A stretch of DNA of 64,000 nucleotides, from assembly GCF_032444005.1 (NCBI RefSeq), contig NC_091283.1, positions 67,270,001-67,334,000 of the forward strand, given 5' to 3'. This document shows, piece after piece, positions 23,383 through 36,084 of this stretch (position 1 is the stretch's first letter; each line of letters begins with the position of its first letter). The notes below the pieces were generated by a model. That model did no database searches, had not been told where the DNA came from, and was given only the letters and a program-made list of their open reading frames with translations. The stretch is from Ranitomeya imitator. Its lineage: Eukaryota. The position numbers and the translations under genes are program-made.

Positions 23383-26300
23383 TATGTCCGGGATTGGCAT
23401 CTGCACCGTCGCAGCTACAGCCACAAACTTTTGCACGGTCACACGTCTGGACCCCGAGAGCGTCATAGGCTACGTTGTGAGACGAAATCTTAACCCCGCG
23501 CGTTCCAATTCACCAAACAATTTTGCCCCTATCTACAAAATGGGGAAAAAAGTGAAAGGAAAAGTGTTGGAGGCGTCGCAGCTACAGACACAAAATTTTG
23601 CACAGTCACACGTCTGGACCCTGAGAGCATCATAGGCTATGTTGTGAGGTGAAATTTTAACCCCGCGCTTTCCAATTCACCAAACAATTTTGCCCCTATC
23701 TACATAATGGGAAAAAGTGAAAGGAAACGTGTTGGAGGCGTCGCAGCTACAGCCACAAAATTTTGCACAGTCACACGTCTGGACCCCGATAGCGTCATAG
23801 CCTATGTTGTGAGGTGAAATTTTAACCCCGCGCTTACCAATTCACCAAACAATTTTGGCCCTATCTACATAATGGGGAAAAGTGAAAGGAAAAGTGTTGG
23901 AGGCAAATTGACAGCTGCCAGATGTGAACAAGGGGGACTTAAAGAATGAGAGCGATGGCGCCAAAGAGTATATACCGTACAGTTGATAAGGTGGGGCCCC
24001 GACATGGGATACTCACCACACACGGGGATATGAACACACACAAAATGCGCCACACCCTACCACGTGCATGAACACATATTACCCTCAGCACACATTTCAC
24101 CACACATACACCAACCTCGCCACATAAAAGTCAAAACACAAAAGTCGGCACTCAAAACTCGCCACGCGCAGAACTCGCCACATGCAAAAACTAGGCTCAC
24201 GCAAAACTCGCCACAAGTGCAAAACTCACCTCATGGAAAACTCGCCACACGAAAAACTTGCACACGCGGAAAAATTGCCACATGCACAAAAGTTGCAACA
24301 CATGCAAAAGTTGCCTCACACAAAACTTGCACATACTCATAAGGCACCACACATAAAACTCGCCACGCGCAAAACTCGCCATGCGCAAAACTTGCTGCAC
24401 ACAACTTGCTACACTAACCTGTCACATGCAATTTGACACACAAAAAGTTGCTACACGCATGTTGCCACATGCAACTCAACACACACAACTTGACAAACGA
24501 AACTCACCCTAAAACACACACAAGTCTGGTATCCTTCAAAAATAAAAATCTGATTAATAAGCAGACAAACTATAAGAACAACAAATGTACCATATAGGAA
24601 ATTCGGCAGCTGTCAGTCATATGACCTGTCTATTATGTGTATGTGTGAGCTAATATATACTGCCAGGGGGAGGGCTTCCTGTTGGCTGGGGATTTATCAG
24701 GCTGCCAATTTAGCTTACAAATACTGAGGTAAAAATACTGAGCAAATAACGTGTGAACGAGGTCTAATACAGGAGGAGATGACACACAGGTATATACTAT
24801 ATACAGGGGAGATGACACACAGATATATACTATATACAGGAGAGATGACACACAGGTATATACTATATAGAAACAGGAACACATGGGCTACTTGCACAGT
24901 GAACAAGTCTGTATGATCATGTTCACACACCACCAAGAAACCTGAAGACACAAACGAGAATAGTAAAACGAAAAACACTCAGTTTGAAAAAATGTTGCAG
25001 TAATCCGCAAGTGCTAGTAAAAGATGTAAAAAACAGGGTATTTGGTTGATACGTTTTTTGCAAAAAATGTATACTAAGCTGCTCTACCAATCTTCACGGT
25101 ATACCCTTATCAGAGCAGTCCTAACTAATGTATGCAATCCCTATCTGATGAGTGGTGAGTGTAGACACAAGAGAACAAGACTGGGGAGTTCCACCACTCC
25201 TCTTGGGCTATCTGCACAAAAGCTGTTCTACCCTGTATGCACACATGGATTTTTCCTCTCTGAACCCTGTTCACACAGGTTATATACAGATGATCAGGTT
25301 TTTAAATACATCAGATAGGGATTGCATACATTAGTTAGGACTGCTCTGATAAGGGTATACCGTGAAGATTGGTAGAGCAGCTTAGTATACATTTTTTGCA
25401 AAAAACGTATCAACCAAATACCCTGTTTTTTACATCTTTTACTAGCACTTGCGGATTACTGCAACATTTTTTCAAACTGAGTGTTTTTGGTTTTACTATT
25501 CTCTTTTGTGTCTTCAGGTTTCTTGGTGGTGTGTGAACATGATCATACAGACTTGTTCACTGTGCAAGTAGCCCATGTGTTCCTGTTTCCATAATTGTTC
25601 TCTTGTGTCTACAAGACTGGGGAGTTCCACCACTCCTCTTGGGCTATCTGCACAAAAGCTGTTCTACCCTGTATGCACACATGGATTTTTCCTCTCTGAA
25701 CCCTGTTCACACAGGTTATATACAGATGATCAGGTTTTTAAATACATCAGATAGGGATTGCATACATTAGTTAGGACTGCTCTGATAAGGGTATACCGTG
25801 AAGATTGGTAGAGCAGCTTAGTATACATTTTTTGCAAAAAACGTATCAACCAAATACCCTGTTTTTTACATCTTTTACTAGCACTTGCGGATTACTGCAA
25901 CATTTTTTCAAACTGAGTGTTTTTGGTTTTACTATTCTCTTTTGTGTCTTCACATATACTATATAGAGGAGGAGATGACATACAGGTGCATATATATACA
26001 GGAGGAGATGACATACAGGTATATACTATATACAAGAATAGATGACACACACGTATATACTATATACAGGAGCAGATGACCTACAGGTATATACTATATA
26101 CAGGAGGAGATGACATACAGGTATATGCTATATATAGAAGATGACATACAGGTATATACTATATACAGGAGGAGATGACACACAGATATATACTATATAC
26201 AGGGGAGATGACACACAGGTATATACTATATACAGGAGGAGATGACATACAGGTATATACTATATATAGAAGGAGATGACATACAGGTATATACTATATA

Positions 26301-26746
26301 TAAGAGGAGATGACATACAGGTATATACTATATACAGGGGAGATGACACACAGCAGGTATGTACTATATACAGGGGAGATGACATACAGGTATATACTAT
26401 ATACAGGAGATGACATACAGGTGTATAATATATATAAGGGAGATGACAAACATGTATATACTGAGGTGAAAATGAGAGGTGTGAGTACAAAATGAGAGGA
26501 GTGAGGGAAAATAGTGGAGTGATCAGAAAATGACAGATGTGAGGTCGAAATGACAAGTGTTAGGGGGGAATGAGAGGAGTGAGGGAGAAAATGAGAGGTG
26601 TGAGGGAGAAAATGAAAGATGTGAGGGGGAAAATGAAAGATGTGATTGGGAAAATGAGAGGCGTGATGGGAAAATAAGAGAAGTGAGGTGCTATAACTAA
26701 CCACAGATATTTACTATGCCCAGGCAACGCCGGGCCCTTCAGCTAG
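23328..26746 (+). mobile_element. Non-autonomous Helitron family A, copy 3
   Basis: A|TCTAATATATAAAG start. Hairpin CCCAGGCAACGCCGGG at 26719-26734, then CTAG at 26743-26746 followed by T. Contains the 24871-25953 insertion. Confidence 0.88.
24871..25953. repeat. Non-coding insertion: two-part 5' inversion plus ~435-bp partial tandem, 13-bp TSD
   Basis: 24871-25150 is the reverse complement of ~25309-25589. The unit restarts at ~25178 and ~25613. ATATACTATATAG at 24858-24870 and 25954-25966, present once at the equivalent site of Helitron copy 4 (~39950). Confidence 0.8.
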
Positions 26747-26749
26747 TGT

Positions 26750-27415
26750 ACTATATTTGTCAAAATGGTATTTAATCGCCACCAGTGCTAGATAATGGGG
26801 AATTGAGGAATATAAATTTACAACGTCACAAGTTGCAAATTTGAAGGTTGACTTCCATGCAAACTTATCAAAATCCACAAAACCGCAGATGTGTCCCTGA
26901 GAAAACCTGTCCATCAAGCCACTTGGTAAGGTTTTCATTAAGTGATCCTATGCCTGCAATGATAGGACAAAGAGGAGGTGGAAATATTCCCTTATGCAAT
27001 TTGGGTAACCCATGGAAAATAACAATAGGAAAATCTGGCAACCGCCATCTGTGAATTTTGTTGGTAATGATGATGCACATTCTTAAGCCTTATTCAAACA
27101 TCTAGACAATTCTAGTTTGAAGGAATCAGTAGGATCCGATCTCAACCTGAGAAAAGTGGCTGCATCATCCAGAATTGAAGCACTGCCATCACCCTTGCCA
27201 GATTGATGGGTTGTAATGTTAAGATTGCTTTGTACCTCTCTCACAGCCCCAAACTGGTAGTCATAAAAATTCTTACAATGATGTATAGACTCAGTATCAG
27301 AATGCAATTTTTTTAAATCACGTTCAACCAAGGACTGAAAAAGATCTAGGCAAGGAGCTCTTGATTGATGGGGATAGTACAACGGTTGGAGCGAATAATG
27401 TCTTGTATTTTGCAA
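26750..27415 (-). pseudogene. Decayed Penelope-like reverse transcriptase fragment
   Basis: FHGLPKLHK..PLCPIIAGIGS and FATCDVVNLYSSIPH match PLE RT motifs. Multiple frameshifts; truncated at the Helitron 3' end. Confidence 0.8.
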
Positions 27416-28524
27416 TCCTCAGATCAGTTTCACCCTCCCTACCCCATAACAGCGCATCCTCACCAAATTTTTTTCTTCAATTTTCTTTCTATCATCATCC
27501 TCTAAAACCTAGGTGCATCTTATGGTCCAGTGCATCTTATAGTCCGAAAAATACTATATCTGCTTTCGTAAATGAATTCTTAATTGCAATGTACAAAAAA
27601 CTTTGATTTCTGCAGTTATTTTCTTTAGAGCTGCAACATAAAAATTTTGCAACTCTACAATGGAGAATCAGGGCTCACAAGTCTCACTCTCCACACTAAA
27701 ATTAATAGGAAATACAAGGACACAGCCCCTGGAACAAATAAGTCAGGATCGCTAATTGGTGCCTCTGTGTCAATATATCTGTGTTTATTCAGAAATATGC
27801 CTGCATCATATTATTAAAAAAAAATTAAAATAGCAAAAACAAGGTTTTTTCCTAAATGTAATGTATTTTATTTATTAAAATACATACAGTAATATAATTT
27901 TTTTGGCATTTCCATGTGGGAAACAACTTTTACTTTAATTATATACACTTGAGTTAAGTCAATGGAGAACAGGGTAAAGAAAAAAAAGCATATGAGACTT
28001 GTGGATTTAGTTTGCCAGAATTAAATAAAGTCAATTAAATCCTAAAGTTTTCATGGTAAAAATACAAAAATTCACAATGTCCAGGAAAAGCCAAGATCTC
28101 ATTCAGTCATATAACTTGTCTGGTCTTTAAGACATAAAATTTCCTGGCCTATAAATAGTTATAAGGAATTTATGCTAAAAACGTAAACTAAGTACTAAAG
28201 GTTTCCAGAATTTATTCGACAAGGGCACGCAGCCAAATATTTCCTTTTTCCAGGAATACAAACAATGTTTAATCCTTTTCAGGAAAGCAATGTGTAAAGT
28301 GATTAAGAAATTCCCATACCTCCATCATAGTCGTTCCTGCGAATTTGTAAATTATAGGGAAAAAAGCAAGAAAAAGAAAAATTACTCTGAAGCTGCTGAC
28401 ATGAGGATTAGCAGGTGCTCATTGTTCTTACTTTGGGGCCGTACTGTTTCTGTTTCTGTACACCTGTTTCACTACAACATACTGCAAATATGAGTTAAAA
28501 ACAGAATGGAGCCATCGATGCTGG

Positions 28525-28711
28525 TCATTTTTGCTGGGGAGGAAATAGCAAGTGCACGCACTGGCCCTTTAATAGGGTGGGAACGCTAGCGTGTCCTAAG
28601 GACATGGCTGGAGGCCCGGCTGGAAGCATGCAGAGCATGGGGAAGGGAATAACTGACCGCAGCACGGGTGAGTGAAGTGACACGCTGGAGACCCTGCCTG
28701 TCAGACCATGG
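28525..28711 (-). mobile_element. LTR fragment homologous to the LTR starting at ~31664, in opposite orientation
   Basis: The reverse complement matches ~31664-31840 (TCTGACAGGCA.GGTCTC..CACTTCACTCACCCGTGCTGC..AAAGGGCCAGTGC). Confidence 0.7.
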
Positions 28712-29399
28712 ATCCGGCGTGGTGCTAACAATAGTATTGTGAATGCATTGTTCATGTGATTTACTAGCATAATATTCTTTCTTGTATTAATCCTGCTAAA
28801 TAAATAAAGTAGCAATAGACTGTTGTTCCCTGCCTGGTGTATCTGCTGTTGCATTCTGACCACCTGCTTGTACATCTTCGGGTGCTAAATGAGTGTCTTT
28901 GGCATGCTCGAATAATATGTTAAACAGCCGCAGCACATGCAGGGACTGCTTAACAAACAGGCAATCCATGCATGTGTTGCGGCTGTCGAACAGCAGTGGG
29001 ACATGCAGGCATAGGCACTCGAATATATTATTTGAGCTCGCTGAAGACACCGGTTTTGACCACGACTGTTATTGGCGTTCCTGGAATGATACCCGCATTC
29101 GAAACACCACTTGTAGTAGTTCACTCACGTGGCGGCAGAGAGGTAGGAAAAATGGGAACACCGTCTCTTTAAATCCTTGTTAGTTTATTGTCAGGCAGCA
29201 TAAACCAACTAATGGGGAAACAAAACTCAGCGTCGAGCACAGACTGAACCTGTACTGCTCCAGAGCGGGATGCTGCCCGCAACATACAGACTGTGTTGCA
29301 GCATGTTGTTTTCCTTTTGTTGTTTTGCTACTGTTTTAGTCAGAAAGGCTAAAACCACATGTTCTGGGTAAAGGAAGCCACAAGCTAGCGGACAGCATC

Positions 29400-29690
29400 A
29401 GGCAAAATGAAGGACCTCCTCAAGCATCTGGTGAGCAGCAGCAGCAGATCGAGTTGCTTGCCGAGTCTGTTCGGAAGACCGGAAGCCCAGCCCACAAGTC
29501 ATTGTGATGACATGCACGTCCGGAAGGCAGTAAGATGAGCGATGCAGAAAATGACCCCGGGTGATGATGTAGAGGCATTTCTGACTGTTTTTGAGCGGGT
29601 GGCAGAGCTAGAGAGACTGACGCCAGACCAGCGGGTAGAGGTGCTGGCCCCCCACCTAACTAGCGAGCCATAGAAGACTTATTCCAGTCA
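29400..29690 (+). pseudogene. Gag remnant of a different (SCAN-like/Gmr1-type) Gypsy lineage
   Basis: Reads MTPGDDVEAFLTVFERVAELERLTPDQRVEVLAPHLT. Lineage assignment is from motif recall. Confidence 0.55.
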
Positions 29691-29699
29691 GTGACAGAG

Positions 29700-32110
29700 G
29701 GATCGACGTGCTAAAGGCCAGTGCCTGTATTGTGGAGACATGGGTCACTCCATTCGAGCATGTCCGGTGACGCAGGAGAAACTCCAGCAACTAGGGTCGG
29801 TAGGAGAGGCCTCCCTAGATGGTAAAGGCATCTCTCTACCCCTGACCTTTATGGTAGCCATGACAACCAGTGAATCCCAGTTTATTGAGTCAGTGTATTT
29901 GGATTCTATAGGCCGTAGTGGATTGGTTCCAATTCCCAGTTCATCTGCTCCAAAACCCTCTGGCAATAACATCAGTCGATGGGAGAACTCTTCCGGAGAT
30001 GGTTCGTCTGGCTACTAAACCCCTTGAGGTCCATATTGGGATGCTTCATATTGAAAAGATAGTCTTCTATGTTCTTTCCGAAATGTCTCACGCCTTTCTC
30101 TTAGGCCTACCATGGCTACGACAGCACGAACCTGTGTTGGACTGAAGAACAGGAGAGGTGCTCCGCTTGGGAAATTCCTGTCATGGGAAGTATCTGGCTC
30201 CAGTACGTCTGAGTCTGACTAAGGCTCCGTCTTCACCAGCATTGCTGCCTGGTTTGCCATCTGCCTATTGGTCCTTTGTTGATGTATTTGACAAAAAGGA
30301 AGCAGAGACTTTGCACAGGCCGTATGACTGCCCTATCGACTTGATTCCTGGATCTACACCCTCTAGAGGCCGAATTTACCTGCTGTCCCCAGCTGAGACT
30401 CAAGCTATGTTGGACTACATTCAGTAGAATTTGGCCAAGGGGTTCATTCAGAAGTCTTCCTCTCCTGTTGGGGCAAGGTTTTTCTTCGTGAAAAAGAGAG
30501 ACGGATCACTCCAACCCTGTGTAGACTAGCGGGGTCTCAACCAGATCAGGGTGAAAAATAAATTCCCTATCCCACTGATCCCTGAGTTGTTTGACCGATT
30601 AAGAGGTACCAGGACCTTCACCAAATTATATTTAGGAGGCACCTACAATCTAATCTGCATTCGCCAGGGAGACAAATGGCAGAGCTGATGCCCTCTCTCG
30701 CTCATTTCTGTCCGGGGGCCAAGAGGAGGACCCTCAATTTATCAATGAACCATGAAAGATGTTTTCTGTCACTCCAGTCAGCCTGTTGCGAATTCCCCCA
30801 AGAAAAACCCTTGCGGCTGAATCCGAGAAGGAGCGAGTTTTGTCATGGGACTATTCGTCCAAGGTAGATGGTCACGCGGTACAAAGGAAGACACTACAAT
30901 TGATTTCTCGCTACTACTGGTTCACATCCATGAGGAGGGAGATCTATGCATATGTGGCTGCCTGTCTGATTTGTACCCGCAATAAAGTCCCAAGATGACT
31001 TCCTACCGGTTCTCTCCTGCCGTTACCCATACCATCTGCTCCACAGCAGTGGCAGCACATAGCAATGGACTTCATTTTTGATTTGCCAGTAGTTCCCCTC
31101 CCGGTGACAGTTCCTTCTGATGTCCCTGCATCAGTTGTACTCTCCAAGGATTTTGTAAAGTTGTAGGAGGACACCAAAGTTACTTTAGAAGCATCCTCAG
31201 CCAGTATGAAGAGACATGCAGACAAAAGGATCCTTAGTGCCCGGGTGACAAGGTATGGCTCTCGTCCAAGTATGTCCGACTGAAGGTTCCCTCTTACAAG
31301 TTGGGTCCTCGTTTTATCGGGTCTTTCCAGTTGCTGAAGCGGATCAATGAGGTTTCCTATAAACTGAAGTTGCCTCCTTCATTACGAATTCTCAATTCTT
31401 TTCACATGGCTCTGCTGAAGCCGGCCATCCTGATCCCCTTCTTCCAGGATCCCATTACCACGGACGTGCCAACTGCCTCAGATGATGTTTTTGAAGTGGA
31501 CTACATCATGGCCATGAAGAGGGTGAGAGGCAAGCCATTCTTCCTGGTTGACTGGAAGGGATTTGGTCCCAAAGAGAGATCCTGGGAGACTAAGGAGAAT
31601 ATTCACGCACTGATTCTCCTCCAGAACTTCCTCGATGGCCTGAAGAGATCAGGGCATAAATGCTCTGACAGGCATGGTCTCAGGTGTGTCACTTCACTCA
31701 CCCGTGCTGCAGTCAGTTCTTCCCTTCCCCATGCTCTGCATGCTTCCAGCCGGGCCTCCAGCCATGTCCTTAGGACACGCGCATGTGCTCCCGCCCTCTT
31801 AAAGGGCCAGTGCACGCACTTGCTATTTCCTACCCAGCCAATGGCTGTGGGACATTATGTATATATTGCTTCCTCCCCACTGGGGAGGTGCCTGAGCAAC
31901 CTTCCTGTTCCACAGTATAAGTTGAGTAAAATTGTGTACCTGTCCCTGATGTACTCTGGTGCAGATCCTGCCTGCTGCACTCGGGTTCAGGTCCTGCCTG
32001 CTGCACTCTGGTGCAGGTCCTGCCTGATGCACTCTGCTGCAGATTCTGCCTGATGCACTCTGCTGCAGATCCTGCCTGCTGCACTCTGATACGAACTCTG
32101 CCTGCTGCAC
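29700..32110 (+). mobile_element. Heavily deleted and decayed chromovirus (fourth family) with 3' LTR
   Basis: CCHC CLYCGDMGHSIRAC, RT RGRIYLLSPAETQAM..KNKFPIPLIPELFD, IN zinc finger, and chromodomain FEVDYIM..FLVDWKGFGPKERSWE. Many stops and deletions. The LTR starts ~31664 and has ~22-bp tandem repeats at ~31960-32110. Confidence 0.85.
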
Positions 32111-32117
32111 CATCCAA

Positions 32118-32374
32118 TAAAATAGGAGATTTGTGGATATAATGCATGCTGCCGAATAAAGTGTGAAACCAGAAGTATCCAAAATGAAGGATAGTGGTTT
32201 TATTCAAAGCTTTTCGAAGTTCAGATGACTTCTTCCTCAGGACATAACCACGTGTATACCATGTCATATGAACATTGAAACGCGTTGAATAAAACCACTA
32301 TCTTTCATTTTGGACACTTCTGGTTCCGCACTTTATTAGGCAGCACAGATTACATCCACAAATCTCCTATTTTA
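32118..32374. repeat. ~95-bp inverted repeat enclosing a hammerhead-like motif (PLE-type end with inversion)
   Basis: Arms TAAAATAGGAGATTTGTGGAT...TTATTCAA and TTGAATAAAACC...CTCCTATTTTA. Minus strand 32241-32204 reads CUGAGGA-A-GAAGU-loop-ACUUC-GAAA-AGC-UU. Confidence 0.7.
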
Positions 32375-34337
32375 CGATCTGTTACGGTCAATTGTTGACC
32401 TGTGGATCTGCTGCAGCTGATATCTCCAATACGATCTATACGCCATGCTATTAGATCTATCAGGTTAGTATTATCTGAATTTAAAAATTTTTTATCCATT
32501 GGATAAGACCCTATGTTTGCTGATCTCTCCTACAGTTTCTTCTTTTGCTGCACCATCCAGTCTGTCCTACTGGGTCCAGCTGCTGTGCGTCCATTGGTCT
32601 GTCCTGGAGTGGCACCTGGAATTCATCGGGAGCCAAGTCTAACCTCACCATCAGAGGCTCTAGTGAACAGTTCGGTGCTCGCTTAGTCACTCTCCTCCAG
32701 GCTCTCTGCAGTCCGTGGCACAGTGCTTCCACAAACCACGTCCGTGACAGTTATTCACAGGTAATTATATATACACAGACACATTGGTTAGTGCACAGCA
32801 TGAAATATGACTTTAATGTCAGTTAAAGATTTATGAGTCAAATTCTGTCTGGCAGAGAGGTGGCAAGTGCCGTATTGGCCGGGAACAGTCACTAAGGCAC
32901 CTCTGCAACTATCTGGCACCTGAGAACAGCAGCTGCTCCATCTCACTAGCTGCACATTTTCCTGAAAAAGCCTGTGAGCTCTTTCTGCTCTAGCGTCAGC
33001 CTGACTGAGTCCGGCTCACAGCCCTCCCTCTGTCCATGCCCAGTACCATAAGTCTCTACTGAAAGTGACAGCTCCTCCCACATGTCACCTCTAATCACCA
33101 GCCCAGGCTCGGGTCTCTGGCTGAATGACTTCAAGGCCTCTTCGGTACTTGACCACCAAAGAATGTCTCCTTGATCCGTATCGATGGGGCTGGTACTCGG
33201 CTGTTGACCCACATCATCTGGATTAGGAACCTTGAATGGCTTCATTCGGGTCTTTGATGCTTGACCATCAATGGATGAAGTCTGGACCTTGACTGGCATA
33301 GCTCTGGACTCCGGTGCTTAACCATCATCGTCTGAATCTTTCTGGTGCACACGGCTGCAGCCAACTATCTCGGCTGATGGAGCTGCAGCAAAAGAAACTG
33401 TCACTTCCCTTGGCGCCAAATCTACTCCCGTTTTGGTAAGCTGGACTTTTGTATTCAAGGCTGGCTTCATCACGTCACCTGACTTGGAGCACTGGCAAAT
33501 TCCGTCCCTCCTGTAACCTCTCTCCTTCAGATCAGTTCCACAGGACTTTGTTCAGGCATGGAAGCAACACAGCATTGCTGCATTTTATCCCTGTGCTCCG
33601 TTCTCCTATACATGCTTGGAGAAAACCTTATCCGAGCACGTTCGCTCTTCACGAATAAGAATCTACGAGGAATAAACCCACCAGAAATGAAAATAATGCA
33701 ATATCTGGCAAGGGCAGAATGATTCTCTAAGATTTAAAAGGATTTTCCACTCCAATGCAAACTGGACAGCTTAATAAATAATAGTAATTTCTAATATTTA
33801 CAGTTTAGGTTTCTCTGCTAGCAAATTCAAGTGGTCACCACATGACAGCAAAAATATGCAAACGGCATTATTGTGATCACATGCAAACCTGCTTTGCATT
33901 CATTTTTCTCAATAGAAAACTACTTTAGGTATAAAGCTATGCGTCTCATTGGTCTCCGCAAAGCTATGACTATGCAGGAGATTTACTGAAAAGGAAATCC
34001 AGGGAAATGGCGCTACCACCACAGAGAGTAAATAAATAAAAGTAGCAGAGTTATGTGTTCCAATAGCAGATATTTTGATACAAATAATGACAAAAAGGTA
34101 TTAAAAACACAATGTGTTTTGACTATGAACAGCCTTCATCAGGTACTTCAAACATAATGTGACATGCAACCATCTTACAATACCAGATCAAGGGGATCTC
34201 GGTCACAAAGAATTAAATGGTCCTCAGAAAAAAAAAGCATATAATTCAATAGATCAATGTGAGGACGTAGAAAAGTCAATTTGCAAAAGTATATTTTATT
34301 ATTCAAGGGAAAAAAAATTGTTTGACCAGACATACAG

Positions 34338-34378
34338 TGAGCCAACGTTTCGGCCACAATTGGCCTTTCTCAAGGCGG
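34338..34378 (-). ncRNA. Hammerhead-like motif with variant core UUGAGAAA
   Basis: GCC-UUGAGAAA-GGCCA-AUUG-UGGCC-GAAA-CG-UU-GGC. Stems I and II pair. Confidence 0.5.
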
Positions 34379-35525
34379 TTATCTACAAAGGCATAATAAT
34401 CAAAAAAATTGATGAATATATCAAACATAAAACCATAATCAATAAATGAACGCACTGGTCAAATACAAATCAGAAGTAAATAACAATGTACAGAAAGTGA
34501 TACATACACAAGTATAACCACATTCGCATAAACGTATAATTATAACTCATGGAAGTAAAGCACCATATATATAGAGAGCAAAAATCCCCTCCAGCCTATT
34601 GTCAAATCGCTATAGTAGAGTCATCATAATAACATAATAATAACGTAATCTCTTGTAGTCGAAGAGAGCAATATGTAAAAAATAATATATCAAACAATAC
34701 TTATATTCAATAATCCGTATATCTAGCAAGAGGAAGATAAAGAGTCCAGGGTACATCCGGTGAATGAATAAGAGTGACAGGGAAAAGGAATCCATGATTA
34801 CCTGTATGGTGGTGCAAGGAGTGATACTGAAACAATAAAATAAGGTACACAACAATGAGTGCCACAGAGGTAACTGAGAAGGTAAAAGAAGCAGAATAGA
34901 ATAGGAAGTACATAATACCTGGTGAAAAAAGGTATGTAGGATCCCGGATACAGCCAAAATGAGGACGTGGTGTACCGTATAACAACAACGGCGCCTTTTT
35001 ATAGCGTTAGCAGTAAATGAAAACCGGAAAGAGGGCAAGCGCCCTCAGAGCCAGTGCGCACGCGCAAAATTATTGTGCTGCGCCTGTGCTATGAGAGCCA
35101 AAAGGACGGAAGTGGGGCAAAAAGGAGAAGGAACAGCTGACCGCTGCGCACTATAGGGGAACAGAGAGTGCGATAACAATACGGAGATATTGTGCTGGTG
35201 TAAAGAAGTAAAAATTACTAAGTGCCAAGTGCGTCGGTAGTAAAGCGGTGAAAAGAACACTGACCCTGTGCAAAAATAGAAATAGTAAATATATACGATA
35301 TTATGATAATATATCTAGAGAGCTAATAATGAAGCAGAAAATAGGGGTATAAAAACGCTGTGCTATAAGAAAACTGTAAATATGGAGAAATATTAAGAGA
35401 GAAAAGACCCACAAACCTGTAAGGAACTGACACGCACCCAATTTGTAAGGAGCCACTGGACTAAGTCTAAAAGATAAAAGAAAAGAGATTATGATATGGT
35501 ATAATAATATATACAAACAGTGTAA

Positions 35526-35939
35526 TCTATATATATAATTGCCTAAGGGTTTTTCCGTCTGTCTGTCATTCTGTCTGTCTTTCTGTCCTGGAAATCCCGC
35601 CTCTCTGATTGGTCGAGGCCGCCAGGCCTCGACCAATCAGCGACGGGCACAGTATCGACGTAGAAATCCCGCGTCTCTGATTGGTCGAGGCCGCCAGGCC
35701 TCGACCAATCAGCGACGGGCACAGCGATGATGATGTCATAAAGGACGTAGACATCCCGCGTCTCTGATTCAGCGACGGGCACAGTATCGACGTAGATGTC
35801 ATAATGGTTGCCATAGCGACGATGATGTCATAAAGGTTGCCTCGACCAATCAGCGACGGGCACAGTCTGCCACGAATTCTGTAATCATCATTGTCCATAT
35901 ACTACGGGGACATGCATATTCTAGAATACCTGATGCGTT
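35526..35939 (+). mobile_element. Short Helitron family B-related copy lacking its 3' terminus, inserted in the PLE
   Basis: A|TCTATATATATAATTGCCTAAGGG start like 40760. Ends CATATTCTAGAATACCTGATGCGTT, matching ~42345-42367, but without the hairpin second arm and CTAG. Confidence 0.65.
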
Positions 35940-36084
35940 TATTGATATAAACATATATAGCAAGAGGTAGATGCCCTTCTGTATATTGATGCCCAAATAA
36001 AGTAAAATTATAGAACCAAGTTCAATATAGTATACAGCAGAGAACATACTAATCCAATATGAATGTGGAATGAAAAAACGAATA

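Noticed and set aside
24941-24975. CUGAAGA...GAAA as a hammerhead in the 435-bp unit
   Set aside because: The intervening bases cannot form stem II, and GAAA is absent from the other copies.
28860-29060. Palindromic MITE-like interior (similar end-like sequence at ~33630-33655)
   Set aside because: Probably hAT MITE debris, but termini and TSD are not identifiable.
29085-29125. Minus-strand ...CTACA-AG-TGGTGTTTCGAATGCGGG as an LTR end plus tRNA PBS
   Set aside because: Too short and degenerate, with no linked internal region in that orientation.
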